From NCBI GenBank assembly GCA_020891255.1, contig BQFW01000005.1, forward strand, positions 372,001 through 436,000: DNA of 64,000 nucleotides, read 5' to 3'. A program made the translations under genes and the position numbers. The stretch comes from Entomortierella parvispora E1425. Its lineage: Eukaryota > Fungi > Mortierellomycota. Of this stretch, positions 12,293 through 24,432 are shown one piece after another. The notes below the pieces were generated by a model that was not told the DNA's origin, ran no database searches, and saw only the letters and a list, made by a program, of their open reading frames with translations. Numbering within the stretch: position 1 is the stretch's first letter; each line of letters begins with the position of its first letter.

Positions 12293-13294
12293 AAACCCTC
12301 GTCCTTCCACACTTACAATCTCTTTTGCTTAATGGGACATATCGATATGGAGCAACATCAAGATAATGAATTTCCAAGCTGGATTCGGCACTTGACTCGG
12401 CCTTGATCTCGAGATAAACATATCCGCTGCTATCGAGGTAGATTTCATTGCAAAGCTCCAGCTTAAGGTACTCTTGCTCTTTACATTCGTTCAATTCCAG
12501 AAGTGCATCTCCCATCAAGACCACGGAAGTGGCATATGACTATCCAGTCGTGCCAAAAAGTAGATGGGTAGGTTAGCGGACCAAGCAGAGAATACTGGGG
12601 TGGAGATGATCGACCACTCCAATTACCGTAGTCATAACGTTGGTCTCGTTGTTCATTCGATAGACTTCAAAGGTGAGTTTGTTCATGGGATCGACGTTCA
12701 GGTTCTTCAGGGATACACAGATAGTAAGGCAGTACCACCCTGGCGTGATGCCGTCTGGATCCATCACAACCTAGAAAGAAAAAAGAGTCTTGTAAGAGAC
12801 TGTGGTGGTTCAGCTCGATCAGAAGTGTCCAATTGCAGCGCGTCTACATACCGACCACGACGTCTCGAGGCCAAAGCGAACTGTCAGTGGTTTTACTGGA
12901 CTGTCTGATGGGTCGGCGCTCTCATCTCCTGGTGGCCATGCGAAGTACCATCGACGCACAACTGATTCGACACCGAGTAGAGCACACAAAAAAAAAAAAA
13001 AAAAAACAGTCAGAAAGTGGTCTCTTTTGTTTTTTCAGATGGGGTGAGGGACGAATCGTGATCCAATTTGATACCTTCGGGTCTTCTGGTGGTTTCTATG
13101 TATTCTCTCCAGTTGAGAATCTCTTCGCTGACAATTTCAGGTTCGGGTTCATTTTCAGGTTCTTCAGTTTCTGCCTCCTGGACCACTTCTCCAGTCTCCT
13201 TTTCACTCTTTTGAGATCGCTCCTCGGAACTTGCGGCTGGGGGCGTAGCAATGGCAGTCTCCAGCACAATTTTGTCGCCCTCCATTTTGGACAT
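7538..13294 (-). CDS. Large multi-exon TRP-like ion channel: N-terminal beta-rich region, WD40-like repeats, multi-TM channel, C-terminal coiled coil
   Basis: Exonic ORFs at 13294-, 12767-, 12524-, 12017-, 10926-, 9286-, about 8410- and 8185-. WD-like VSIWDIETGK. Channel features: FSLEYFDNPAIAALVAYKW, S5 VFACGIVAFAISTLHI, pore FPKNFFFAVSATYFFM, S6 FFFTVILMMNVLIALVN, then a TRP-box-like WRLVWIESRLRYIESAEN. Start and minor exons are approximate. Confidence 0.75.
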
Positions 13295-14083
13295 TTTGTT
13301 TGTGGTTGTTGAGCCTCAAAATGAAATAAAACAACGATGGTCGACTAGCGACTTGTGGGATTGAGAGGGAGAGGCCAGAGAGTTCGGTATGAGACGAATG
13401 AAGCACAACGGGTGATATGGATGTGTGGAAGAAGGGAAGATTGAGTTGTCTACTATGAGTGGACCGGTGGACTGGGACAAAATGGGAAGAAAGGAAAGAG
13501 AAAGAAAAGAGATGTCGGTTGTCCCGCTACGACGAAAGAAGGAGGAAGTGCTCATGCATGCGATTTGTCCAAGTGCCACAACACCGGGCAACGTTCAACA
13601 TGTTCCTCGGGAGGTCCATGATTCTTTTGAATGGGCTCCACTTCTGAAGGCCCAGAACCCTCACTCTTTTTTTTTCCTTTGCCAAGTTCGATCTCCATAG
13701 GCTTAGAGAATAGAGACCATTGTGCCCAAACCTTAATTGACATTTGCGGTTGCCTTTTCCCCTGCTTTTTCAAATCCCTGCTGCAGATTGCAGATAAACA
13801 CCTGCGCGCCTTCATACATATCGCCAATTGAATCATCAACGAGTTAGAGCATTGCCCAAAGAGAAGGCCAGTGTCCATTGCCAAGCTGTCAACTGACAGA
13901 ACGATACAGATAATAAACCAAGCCAAATAGGCCTGGAACGGCAGAAAGAAGGTCGATGATGGGCGAGGAAACAGCAAGGGCAATGATAAATATGAACAAA
14001 CTCGTGTATTTTCTTTGATTGGAATTGTTTTATGTATGCAAGTGTGTAAGATTGGCGTAGGAGCACTCTCCCATACCTCACTT

Positions 14084-16841
14084 TCACTCTGTGGCAAGCT
14101 GTTGAGGGTCAATGAGCCGCTGATGGTCCTGCTGCTGCCCAACGTCCACAGATCCTCCTTGCTCGGGTAGACTATGACTCATAGAATGGTCCTGCGAGTT
14201 CAGTGTCATGCGAGTGTCGCCATCCTCAACAGATACGTGAGGATTTAAAGATTCAGGTCCAGGATTTGAGGTAGGCTCAAACTCTGCGATTTCTGCAATA
14301 GCCGGTGTTTGGGATTGATAGTTCACCTGCAGGGAGCTGCCTTCCTCTCCTGTTGTGTTCCTGGCATGACCACCAACCGTCATCGGCGGGGGTGTAACCA
14401 CCAACGTTTTCCCAAAAACATCCGCGTGGCTGTCACCTTGTCCGCCGCTATGGTTCGGAGCAAGTCCTTGAATCTGAATGTGGCCGCTGGCAGCACTAGG
14501 TCCACTAGATCCTGAGCCATTTTGAACCATGGGATTCAGTGGTGAATTTGAGTTGGTTCGGCTGCGATGTCGGGTTGGGATCGAAATATTGCGGACAAAG
14601 TTGGAGATGGCTGCCGTTACATGGTTCGATGGGCTGACTGGTACTTGTTGCTGTTGAGTAGGTTGACGGTTGGTAGTTGAAGGGGGGGATCCAAACGCAG
14701 TTGGCCCTGACCGTTGATACGAGCCAGAGTTTGGTGGTGAGGGGGCCATAAAGAAGGCCGATGATGAAAATTGTTGAACTGGGGCATCAGCAGGTACTCC
14801 AGTCTCTGCTTCGGTCGAAATGGATACTGACTGACCTGGCACATCCACATGCGATGATCCAAAGTCGATATGCGCTGGCGCAGTAACATCTGATGGTGGG
14901 TATGTTGGTGTTGGGTCATCCTCGGACTCAAATGGACTAGCACCTTGTTCGCTCTCTATCGAAATAACGTTGCCTTCAACAGGCTGACTCTCATGGTTTC
15001 GAGGCTCCTCCTGATGTTGCTGGGTGTGATTTGAGGCATAGGACTCACTGTTCGGTGGCTGGAAAGTGTGTGCTTGTTCTGATGGAGGGGTGGGTGCGTA
15101 GACCTCCTCTGTGGAAGGATCGGCCATCTGGGGTTCCACTAAAGGCTCATCTTGTGCTATAGGTAACGGTTGAGCCACGACTTCCTGTGCACTGGTAGCC
15201 CTCTCTATGGCAGCCACGGCCTCTGTAGGATGGATTTCAAGTACACAGTAGACTACAGGTCAGGAACGAACAATGTACAAAGAATCCACAGGAAAAGTAT
15301 GAACCGTCATTTCATATGACTGACCACTTTAAAACGCACCTTCAACGGGTACTTCTTCTTCAATCGGATCATCAATCTCGACGCTATCTTCCAGATCTGC
15401 AAACGTTCGGCAAAGAGGGCATTGGAATCCTGGATGATGGGCCATCAACAGTGGTCTGATACACTTGAAATGGTAAACATGGGAACAAGGTGCAACAAAC
15501 AACGACTGAAAGGATGCGATCCTGAATAGACAGATGCAGCAATCGGTGGAGCTCGCGGCGTTGGCGGTCGTCAGTGATCGAATGGCCTTCAGAGTATTTA
15601 ACCTGTCGACAACAGAACATGATCAGAAAGAGATTCTAAACGCAATATGGAGCGCACAAAAATAAAATAGGGAACAGGCTGCATACCGGAATGGGTTTGC
15701 CTGTTGTTGCCATGATCGATTCAGCTCTAGTCGCATCTTTACACATCGATAGATCTCTACATGAATCAAGGGTTAGGCGTCAGTGGTGACAAACAAAAAA
15801 AAAAAAGGAATCAAGACCTGGCCCGGGCGTGGCGTGCTCAGTTGCTGTTATCTAATCAGATGAAATATGCCCCGTTGTGGTACCTTGGGTGCCACCCTGA
15901 TAGTCGACTCCAAGCTGGATCACGTCTCCGTCCTTCAGCTGCGTTGGCTTTGACTCGACTCCGGGAGGGGATAGCCTGGCGTGATTGAGAAAAGTTCCAG
16001 AGGACGACTTTGTGTCGCGGATATAAAACTAGCGGTACGTTTCCCGGCAAAAGGAGAATAGTTGAACAGAAGGTCAGACAGTCTGAACTTTTTTAGCTTG
16101 TGCCGCCCGTGCCCATGTATCGCTCGCCCGCGCCCCTCGTTCGACTCTGTTTTTTTTTTTTTCCATGTTGGGTTTCTGCTTCTCCTGAGCGGGACGAGCA
16201 AAGGCACTGCGCTGTCCCTTCAGATCCTTTGTGAATCAGCACAAGTGACTTTTCTGCCTGCTCCCGTCATGATAAGCTCCAGTCGGACAGTCTCCACTCC
16301 AGTCCGGAGATATACACCTTGGATTCCTCGGTAATGTCGGTCTTTGATATGTTCAACTACCGTCCATCCAGTCGTGTTTCTCTGATGGGGATGATCTGCT
16401 AAGAGACAACGTTTTCCCGACTGTCGTTCATTGCAAAAGAAAAATGGCGGTTCCAGGCGTCATGACAAAAGAGGAATGGGTCTTTTCCCGGCCAGTTCTT
16501 ACTTTGCCCTGGTCAGTGTAAATCTCTGCATGACCACGAGAGACGACCTTGGACTTGAACGTAACTCTGTTGGGCAGCGCTTGCTTGTCAGTGAATCGAC
16601 CAATCTTGAGTACAAAGCCCTGGGGTACATCCTTGTCCACGACTTCGAAATGCAGCGACCGTGGTGCATCTAAATGGGGTACGATGCGGATATGGGGTAC
16701 TGGTGGTGCGGCTGGTGCTGCTGATGTTCCTGCTGCGATAGATGAGCCAGGTTGTTCTTGGGGTTCTGTAGCGCTGTTCATTTGGTGCGCGTGACCATTG
16801 AGATGGTTGGTGCCTGGCTGTGCTTGACTCGGTTGGTTCAT
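14084..16841 (-). CDS. DMA1: FHA + RING-H2 E3 ubiquitin ligase (Dma1/Chfr-like) with long disordered C-terminal tail
   Basis: Spliced FHA: LKIGRFTD...FKSKVVSRGHAEI...FYIRDTKSSSGTFLNHARLS...LKDGDVIQLGVDYQGG. RING: DCCICLFRIASFQSLFVAPCSHVYHFKCIRPLL...FQCPLCRTFADLE (about 15400-15540). Confidence 0.88.
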
Positions 16842-16939
16842 CCTGTGGAATGGCTGTGGGAGTTGAGGGTGCTTACGTATCGGTAGCAAAGAGGGGGGAG
16901 GGTTGGAGTGGGAATGGGAGGGCGGGAAAAGGGAAAAGG

Positions 16940-17190
16940 TAAGAGAGAAGAGAGAAGAGAGAAGAGAGAAGAGAGAAGAGAGAGAGAGAGAGAGAGGCTA
17001 AACAGCAGATGCAGTGAGGACAAGAGCGAAGAAGGGGGCGGCAAATGAGGAGAGGAAAAGAGTTGAATGAATGATGGAAGGAGCAGAACAGACAGACAGA
17101 CAGACAGACAGACAGATAGACAGACAGACAGACAAGCCAAGTCAAGAAGCAAGCAAGGAAGCAAGCAAGCAAGGAACGAAGGAAGGAAGG
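16940..17190. repeat. Compound microsatellite (AGAGA)n/(AG)n, (CAGA)n, (GCAA)n/(GGAA)n upstream of the Dma1-like gene
   Basis: Directly visible tandem units such as agagaagagagaag, acagacagacag and gcaagcaagc. Confidence 0.9.
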
Positions 17191-17781
17191 ACAAGCACAC
17201 AGACTCACAGACTCACAGAACAAACAAGACACAGGATTCTGCGGACGCGTTCTTGGGCCCATCCTTGTCTTTCTTTTGTTCTTTCCATGTCTAACAATCC
17301 CTCCACTCTTCTTACTCTATGTACTCACGCCCAGTGGAGAGAAGCAACCAACCCTCGCTCCTTTGCTCCGACTGCTTCGCCTTAGCTTCGCCAGAAAGAC
17401 CGCCAGGCGGGGCGCGGCTCGTGTGATGGTGACCCGTTCCTATTGGGCCATTCTCCGCTTTTCCCTTTGTCTCCTTCCATCCACGATCCTTCGGATCCCA
17501 CACTCCACTTGCCCACCCTCGGACAAATCATTCATTGCCTGCTGGCCGCTGGCCGCTGAACGGTTTTTATTCTCGTTCAAAGAAAGGTGGACTGACCTGA
17601 CCTGGGGAGCTGCATGAGGATGCAGCACAAAGGCAGGACAATAACAAAACGAGATTGATGTAATATTGCTGCAAAACGCGGGAAGAAAAATAACAGAGGC
17701 CGTCCCTAATCAATGTTTTGAGATGGTTCTTTTTTTTTTTTTTTTAATGAAGAGTGGGGAGTGAGGAGTGAGGAGCGAGGG

Positions 17782-19152
17782 TTATGGCACTACCGCCTTG
17801 TTGGTCGCCACGGAATGGCGACGGTTTGATTCATTGATCGTGAACCTGTGGATATATGGCTTTTCCTCAAGCCTGTCTCTGTTCTTGTTGACCACGTTCT
17901 GGAATGCAATGAGGATCTCGGTCGAGTGGTCCTTTGATAGGTGGTTAGAGTCGCAATGCATCTTGATCTCGACATCCACAAAGAGTGGGTACTGATGAAG
18001 GATAGAAGGTGTCATCTTGGGGTATTAGCACCATCAAGGAAAGAAAAAAATATTTGCCCGCATTCTCACCGAGAGAGAGTGAAACCAAGGGATAATACTT
18101 ACGTCTTGGTAGAACTCGTCTGCACCAAGGTGGACAATCGTCTCGTCATCACAGCAAGTGTCCAACATGAAAACATGGCCACACCGGATGTGAATGAAGG
18201 ACTTTGAGATACCGGACCAGACCTTGGGGTCTTGTCTCAAGTGTTGTTCGATCGACTGGACCGAGCTCTGGATGTTATCCTCAAGGACCGGAATGGAGTC
18301 AGAGATCGTAGGCTCTACCAACTTTTCTGTCAGCCAAGCTTCCAACATGCGACAAATCACATTCGTCTTTGCGTTGCCATGGGAGGCCAGATGTGGAATC
18401 TAGAAGCGTTGGATGATCCAGGAGTGAGCGTAAAATTGTTTGTTAAATTGGAGGACGCGTTTCTTCTTTCTATAGCCAAAACATATCCCTCGAGAAAAAC
18501 CAAAGAAGGGCGCAAAACAAGAACCTACAGCAAGGAATCCACCACCTCGACCAATCCCATCGAAAAAGTAGGTAGTGCGGATGGTCGAGACACTTTTCCA
18601 GTAGTCTTCCTCCATCGTGTTCAAAAAGTACTCATAACTCTCACGATCTTTCTTGGATTGCACAGAGGACGTGATGTTGCTCGAAAAAGTGAACCCAGTC
18701 GGTGTGCTTGATACAGCTCGCATCTCAAGTGGCGACATGGCCGAAGGAGCCGAGCTCGAATGGCGAGACAAGGACAGCTCATCATCGACTTGCTCTTCAT
18801 CACCATCTTGGTCTCTGAACCTTGCCGAGAAGATCTCTTCCTTGTGGCTCTTGTCGTTCTCATAGCCGAGATGGGGGCTCAGCGGAGGCGATGGGATAGT
18901 GATGGCCGCAGATGACGATGCAGATTTGGAGGGCGAGTGCGAAGCGAGATGTGGCACAGACGAGGAGGAGGTGGACCGAGTGGCTGTGGGACGAAGGGCG
19001 GAGGATGAGACTGGTTTTGTTGTGGGCAGCTTGGTCGAGGGCTTCTTGCGGGCTACGGAAAAGGGCATCGTTCGAGGGAGGACATGGTGCATCAGAGGCG
19101 AGGGTGGGGCAGAGGAGCAGAGCGAGGATGATGAAGAATACAAGAGGTCCAT
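17782..19152 (-). CDS. Hypothetical protein: Ser/Pro-rich disordered N-terminus plus an unrecognised globular C-terminal domain; 3 exons
   Basis: Coding-like ORFs joined in frame by a GTAGGT...TAG intron (YFFDGIGRGGGFLA|IPHLASHGNAKTNVICRMLEAWL) and a second intron at about 18100-18020. Family not recognised. Confidence 0.6.
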
Positions 19153-21512
19153 GGTAGAGAGAGAGACAGAGAGAGAGATAGAGAAGACGATTAGGTTGCA
19201 GACATAGAAACGAGATGGCAAGAAAGAAGAAAGAAGCACTGTGGGAAGATAATGAAAGAATGAAAGGACCGAGAACCAAAAAAAGACCCGCGGTGAGATG
19301 GCCGTTGGATTGGCGTGTGTGCGCCGTGCCCCGGGGGTCTCGTGCGCAGCGGACGATCACACCTTGTTTGTTCTGCTTTAGCTCATCTCACTCGCTGGCA
19401 GAGGACGGTCATTCATGGCCGCCCTCTGCTGGCCTCTTGCCGCCATCATCCTATCGTTTTGTTCCCACCATCCGCCTCTCACTGCCATGGACATGGCCAT
19501 GCATGGCTGGCCCCTCGTCCTCAGGGAGGAGAAATACAAAACGCCCATTGACCACTATGTCAGAGGCTTCATTTCCTCCCCTTGTGTCACACCATTTTGC
19601 GCTCTGGACCCGAGGATCTGGAGTGCCCAGGCCAATAAAACGCGCGCATTGGTAATTACGAACGATATCCCGGACCACTTCTTTCTCCCTTGCTCTCTTT
19701 GGGGTAGGGGGGGGGGCAAAGCTTCTCTCTTGCTCTCTCTCGCTCTCTCTCGCCCTCCCTCTGTCTCTCTGTCTCTGTCTCTCTCTAACACACCCTCTGT
19801 CTCTCCGCCCCTCTCTCTTCACCCGTATCGTACGAAAAATGGTCTAGTCCAAGAGACACTTCTTTTTTTCCTTGCTCCTTTTACCAGTCGCCCCATCGTA
19901 CGCCCATCACCACAGCCTAGTTGACCCAATTGTTGTTATCACTGCTGAGAAAGCGTCAGCTCAGAGCCGATGGGTACGCCAATGCTGAAGGGAACTCAAA
20001 ACAATATCTGCTTAGAATCGAGGAGCCCTTGACGTACCTGGCAGCGAGAGTGGTGGTGTGCTTGTGGTGAGAGGAGATAGAAGCATGGCGAAAGAAACAA
20101 GCGTTTGCTGGGCAAAATGCGGAGGATGTTGGCGAGTTGCTGGTTGTTGGGAAGGAGGGAGTTGAGTGTGTTGGAAGGAAAAGGATTGGAAAAAGAAGTC
20201 AGGAACAGCCTCCAATGGTCAAACGTGGGGACAACAAGAGTGGTTACGGAAGAAAGAAGAGGAAATGCGCGCAACCTGATGGAGATGCAGCGCTGATAAA
20301 GAAAAAAAAATCGGTTAGACTGGATGGCAAAAGAAATACGGGAAGGAAGGAGAAGGTGCAAAATGCGCTAATTAAGCCTGCCTCTTTTTTTGCTGGTCAA
20401 GCAACTCAAGGAATGGGGGAAGCAGGATGGTGGGGTCCGATGATCGAGCCTTAATTTGTTCCACTCTCTTTTTTCACCTTGACAGAGTGAAGGTAATGTC
20501 GGTGCTGAAGGACAACGTCGAGTGATCCAGACTTGAACCGGAGAAGCCCGACCTCCCCTATCTTGCCCTTCTCTATCGTGCTCTTTTCACTCTGCCCTGT
20601 TTGGTCTCCTTTTGTTCACCACACCTGTTCTCTCCTACTCGGCCACATCTCGCCATGTTGGCGTTATATTTCAGAGCGGTGCAGGGCTTCTTCTCGAACT
20701 TTCTGGTCCGCCAATGTCGACCGGACCATCCACAACTCCCAGCCTTTTCTTTTCAACCAAATTCTTTCTTTCTTGTCCTTTTTTTTTTCCTTCCGGCCAG
20801 CTCCTTTGAATGGAGGGAAGATCATCTCGTCCACGGGTGAAATGCCACATGAGATAGAACAAAGGTCCATTTGTTCTCTGTAACTGCACCTTTTGTACCT
20901 TTTAGGGATGGGATAGGTTGGGATGTATAAAAAGGGGGTGAGGGGTGAGGACAAAGTCGGGACAAGGGGGTCCATTGTGCATCATCATTCGTCACTGCTG
21001 AGACAGGACATAAGACCATTGCCTCTTTCTTGTAGAGGAAAAGAGCCCCAAGCTTCCTCGTGGACCATGAGTTGTGTTGGACCCTTGAAGTACAATGGTC
21101 ACGCCCCACAACAGCCTGGCTGGGTGGGATAACTATTTTTTCTGAATTTGTGGGGATCTGTTCAACGGTCAGTTCTGTGATAATCTCCACCATTGCGCGT
21201 CATAGTGTGTGCTTGATGACCTTGCTATTTCCTAGTTTTATTCCTGGACGCGACAAAATGGTGGCCGCAGTCGCTGAATAAGGGGGGCGGCTTGCAAGGA
21301 CTTGGGGATTCCCGTACAGCGTACCAGTAAGCCATGTGGCAGTGCGGGCTCAGGAACAAGACAAAAGTAAAAGAAGACAAGATTTGTTTCCTTTCTTTCT
21401 TCCTTCACAAACCAAGAGCTCCTCCACCACCCCAGATCTTGGTTGCTGCAATTAACAAGATCTTCAGGCTCCTGGACTCGAACCTCTTTTTTCCCCAGAG
21501 ATAGAGAATAAA

Positions 21513-24248
21513 ATGGTGAACTTTACAGTCGAGCAAATACGCGATCTGGTAGGAACAAGATGCTTGACTACTCTTTGATTTGTCTTTCACCATTCAGCAA
21601 CATCCACTGAGCAGATAAAATTGGCCAATATACCTTTACAGATGGGCAAGGCGACGAATATCCGGAATATGTCCATTCTTGCGCTCTCTGACCACCAAGC
21701 GACTGAATTGATCAACATCCTAACCGTCTCGGAAGCTCGGATTGATTGCACTGGATATTCAGATCCTACCTGCCTCAAAGACCCAAACCATCTCGACAAT
21801 GAGGACCTGCCAGTGATCACCAAGACTATAACTGCACCTCTGTACTTTGAGGTGGCAGAAGAGACTCTTTCATTAACGAAGCAGCAATCCACCGGTAAAG
21901 CAAATTGGAGTACCATGTCATTCTGATGTTGTATTTGGGAGACCCAGAACTAATCCCCATCATGGTACCACATTGGACAAATAGGTTCTGCTTTCTTTAT
22001 CAACTTGATCGAGCCTCCACGGAACATTGACATCTACAATGAGGTAGCAGCCACGTTTGGTATCGCAGATGGAGCGCTCATTGTCGTCAATTGTGTGGAC
22101 CCAATTCCTTTCCAAATCAGAAACGTGCTGCGCCAGGTTATCAGTGTTCGGGCCAAACCACTTTTAGTCTTGAATCAGATTGAGCCGGCCATCCAAGAAT
22201 CTAATGTGACCCCAGAGGAACTCTACCAGTCTTTTGTTCGAACCATCGAGTCTGTCAACAGCATAGTGGAGACATATCATGTTAACAAGGATGCCTTTGG
22301 GGACGATCTCTTGTTCCACCCAGATCAGTCGACCGTGGCTTTTGCTTCAGGAAAGAGCGACTGGGCGTTCACAATCGACATGTTTGCACAGCGGTACGCC
22401 AAAAGGTTTGGTGTGGACCGTGCCAAGATTGCTCAAAAGTTCTGGGGCGACAGTTACTTCAACATGGCGACCAAGAAATGGGCGACGGAGAGCTTGGATG
22501 CGGATGGCCAGCCTTTGGAGCGCAGCTTTGTCATGTTTATTCTGAACCCAATCTTCAAACTGATGGACGCTATTTTGACTTTCAAGACTGAGGCATGGCA
22601 AGCAATGTTGCAGAAGCTAGAGATAAAGTTGAGCAGGGCCGAGAATGAGCTGAACGGTAAAGCACTCTTGAAGGTGGTGATGAACAAGTTCCTGCCTGCC
22701 AAAGATGCGCTTTTGGAGATGTCTGTTCTCCACTTGCCCTCCCCCGTCACGGCTCAAAAGTACCGAGTGGAGACTTTGTACGAAGGCCCGATGAATGACG
22801 AGTGCGCGGCAGGCATCCGCCGTTGCGATCCAGACGGCCCTCTCATGATGCACATCTCCAAGATGATACGGACAACAGACAAGGGTCGTTTCTACGGGCT
22901 AGGCCGCGTCTTCTCCGGCACGATCCGCGCAGGCGCCAGGGTTCGGATCATGGGCCCCTCACACACAGTCGGCACCAAGACGGATTTATTCCTGAGGCCC
23001 ATGCAACGTCTTGTTCTCATGTCAAAAGGGAACCCACCTGTTGTGGACTGTCCGGCCGGCAACGTGATTGGGGTGGTCGGGGTTGACCAGTTCCTGCTTC
23101 AGTCTGGGACAATCACCAGTTCGGATAGTGCATACAACATGAGGAATATCAAGTTCTCCATTACACCTGTGGTTGGAATCACGGTCGCCCCCAAGGATCC
23201 AAATGATCTGACGAAACTTGTCCAAAGTCTCACTCGCCTCGCCAGATGGGGTTCTGGTATTCAGAGCAGTGTCTTGTTCACGGGGGAACATTTCCTGTCA
23301 GGTCCAGAGGAACAGACCCTCAACCTATGCCTGCAGGAGCTTGAAAAAGATATGGGTGAGGTGCCGATCGTCAAGTCTGAGCCCTTTGTACAATACCGGG
23401 AAACGGTCCAGGCAGAGTCTTCTGCCACTGCCCTGTCCAAGACCCCCAATAGACACTCTCGTTTCTTCATGAGGGCGAGCCCCCTTAGCCAGGAGCTCAC
23501 ATGTGCTATCGAAAGTGGAAAGTTGAACGCCAGAAATGAGTTCAAGGTGTCTGCTCGCGCCCTAACAGAAAATTACGGCTGGAGCAAAATCGACGCGCGC
23601 AACATTTGGGCCTTTGGTCCCGACGCAGCGGGGTCTAATCTTCTCGTCGATTGCACCCATGGTGTGTCCTATTTGAATGAGATCAAGGAGGCTTTTACTA
23701 CGGGATTTAATTGGGCAACGCGCTCGGGTGTCTTTACGGAAGAGCCTGTCCGCGGGTGCAGGTTTAACATCTTGGATGTCGTGATGACATGCGACGCGAT
23801 TCATCGTGGTGGAGGCCAGATCATCCCTGGCAGTCGGAGCGTTATCTATGCGTCCATGTTCCTTGCACAGCCCGGGTTTATGGAGCCCGTATATTCTGTA
23901 GATCTGATCTGTCCTGAGCGCTTCATGTCCGATTTGGCAGCACTCTTAGAAAGGCATCGCGGTGTCGTCCTTGGAGAGGAGGGCTGGCAGTTGGTAAGTC
24001 CTAGAGATCGGGTCCACACGGTCAAAGCCCATTTGCCGGTAGCGGAGTCCTCCGAGTTTCTGGCCGCGCTTTCCAAGGCTCCTGGTGGCCAAGCGGTTGT
24101 TTGTCAAATGGTTTTTGATCATTGGAAGCTGATGCCTGGAGTTATAAATGAGGACCCCCAATTGATCGAGCTCGTGAAGGCGATCCGGAAGCGCAAAGGA
24201 CTGGAAGAAGAACTACCAAAGATTGAGCGTTTCCTGGACAGGTTATAG
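21513..24248 (+). CDS. Divergent eEF2 paralog with degenerate GTPase motifs (predicted pseudo-GTPase); exons 21513-21548, 21642-21894, 21985-24248
   Basis: MVNFTVEQIRDL|MGKATNIRNMS, DGALIVV, WAFTI, GRFYGLGRVFSG, VQYRETV, NIWAFGPD, DAIHRGGGQIIP, FDHWK and IRKRKGL are collinear with eEF2 domains I-V. Confidence 0.92.
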
Positions 24249-24432
24249 AACCACATCCAGAAGGACGAGCCTCAAAATATATGATTGCTATTTTTTGCAT
24301 TTTTGGCTTGTTTTATTGAGCTCTTGAAGCAGCGACTTTGGCAAAGACTTTGTGGTCCGGAAAGCCTGCCGACGATTAGAAATATTTTCTAGTCGTTTTA
24401 TTCTAAAAAAAAGGGGGGGGGGAAATCTACAT

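Noticed and set aside
20475-20560. 7-nt micro-exon-like segment (cag|AGTGAAG|gtaatg) and a GTCGG...CCGAC hairpin
   Set aside because: No flanking exons or ncRNA family motifs could be identified, so a chance match is likely.
20822-21193. 123-aa minus-strand ORF MVEIITELTVEQIP...
   Set aside because: No recognisable motif, and it degrades into low-complexity sequence. Insufficient support for a gene.
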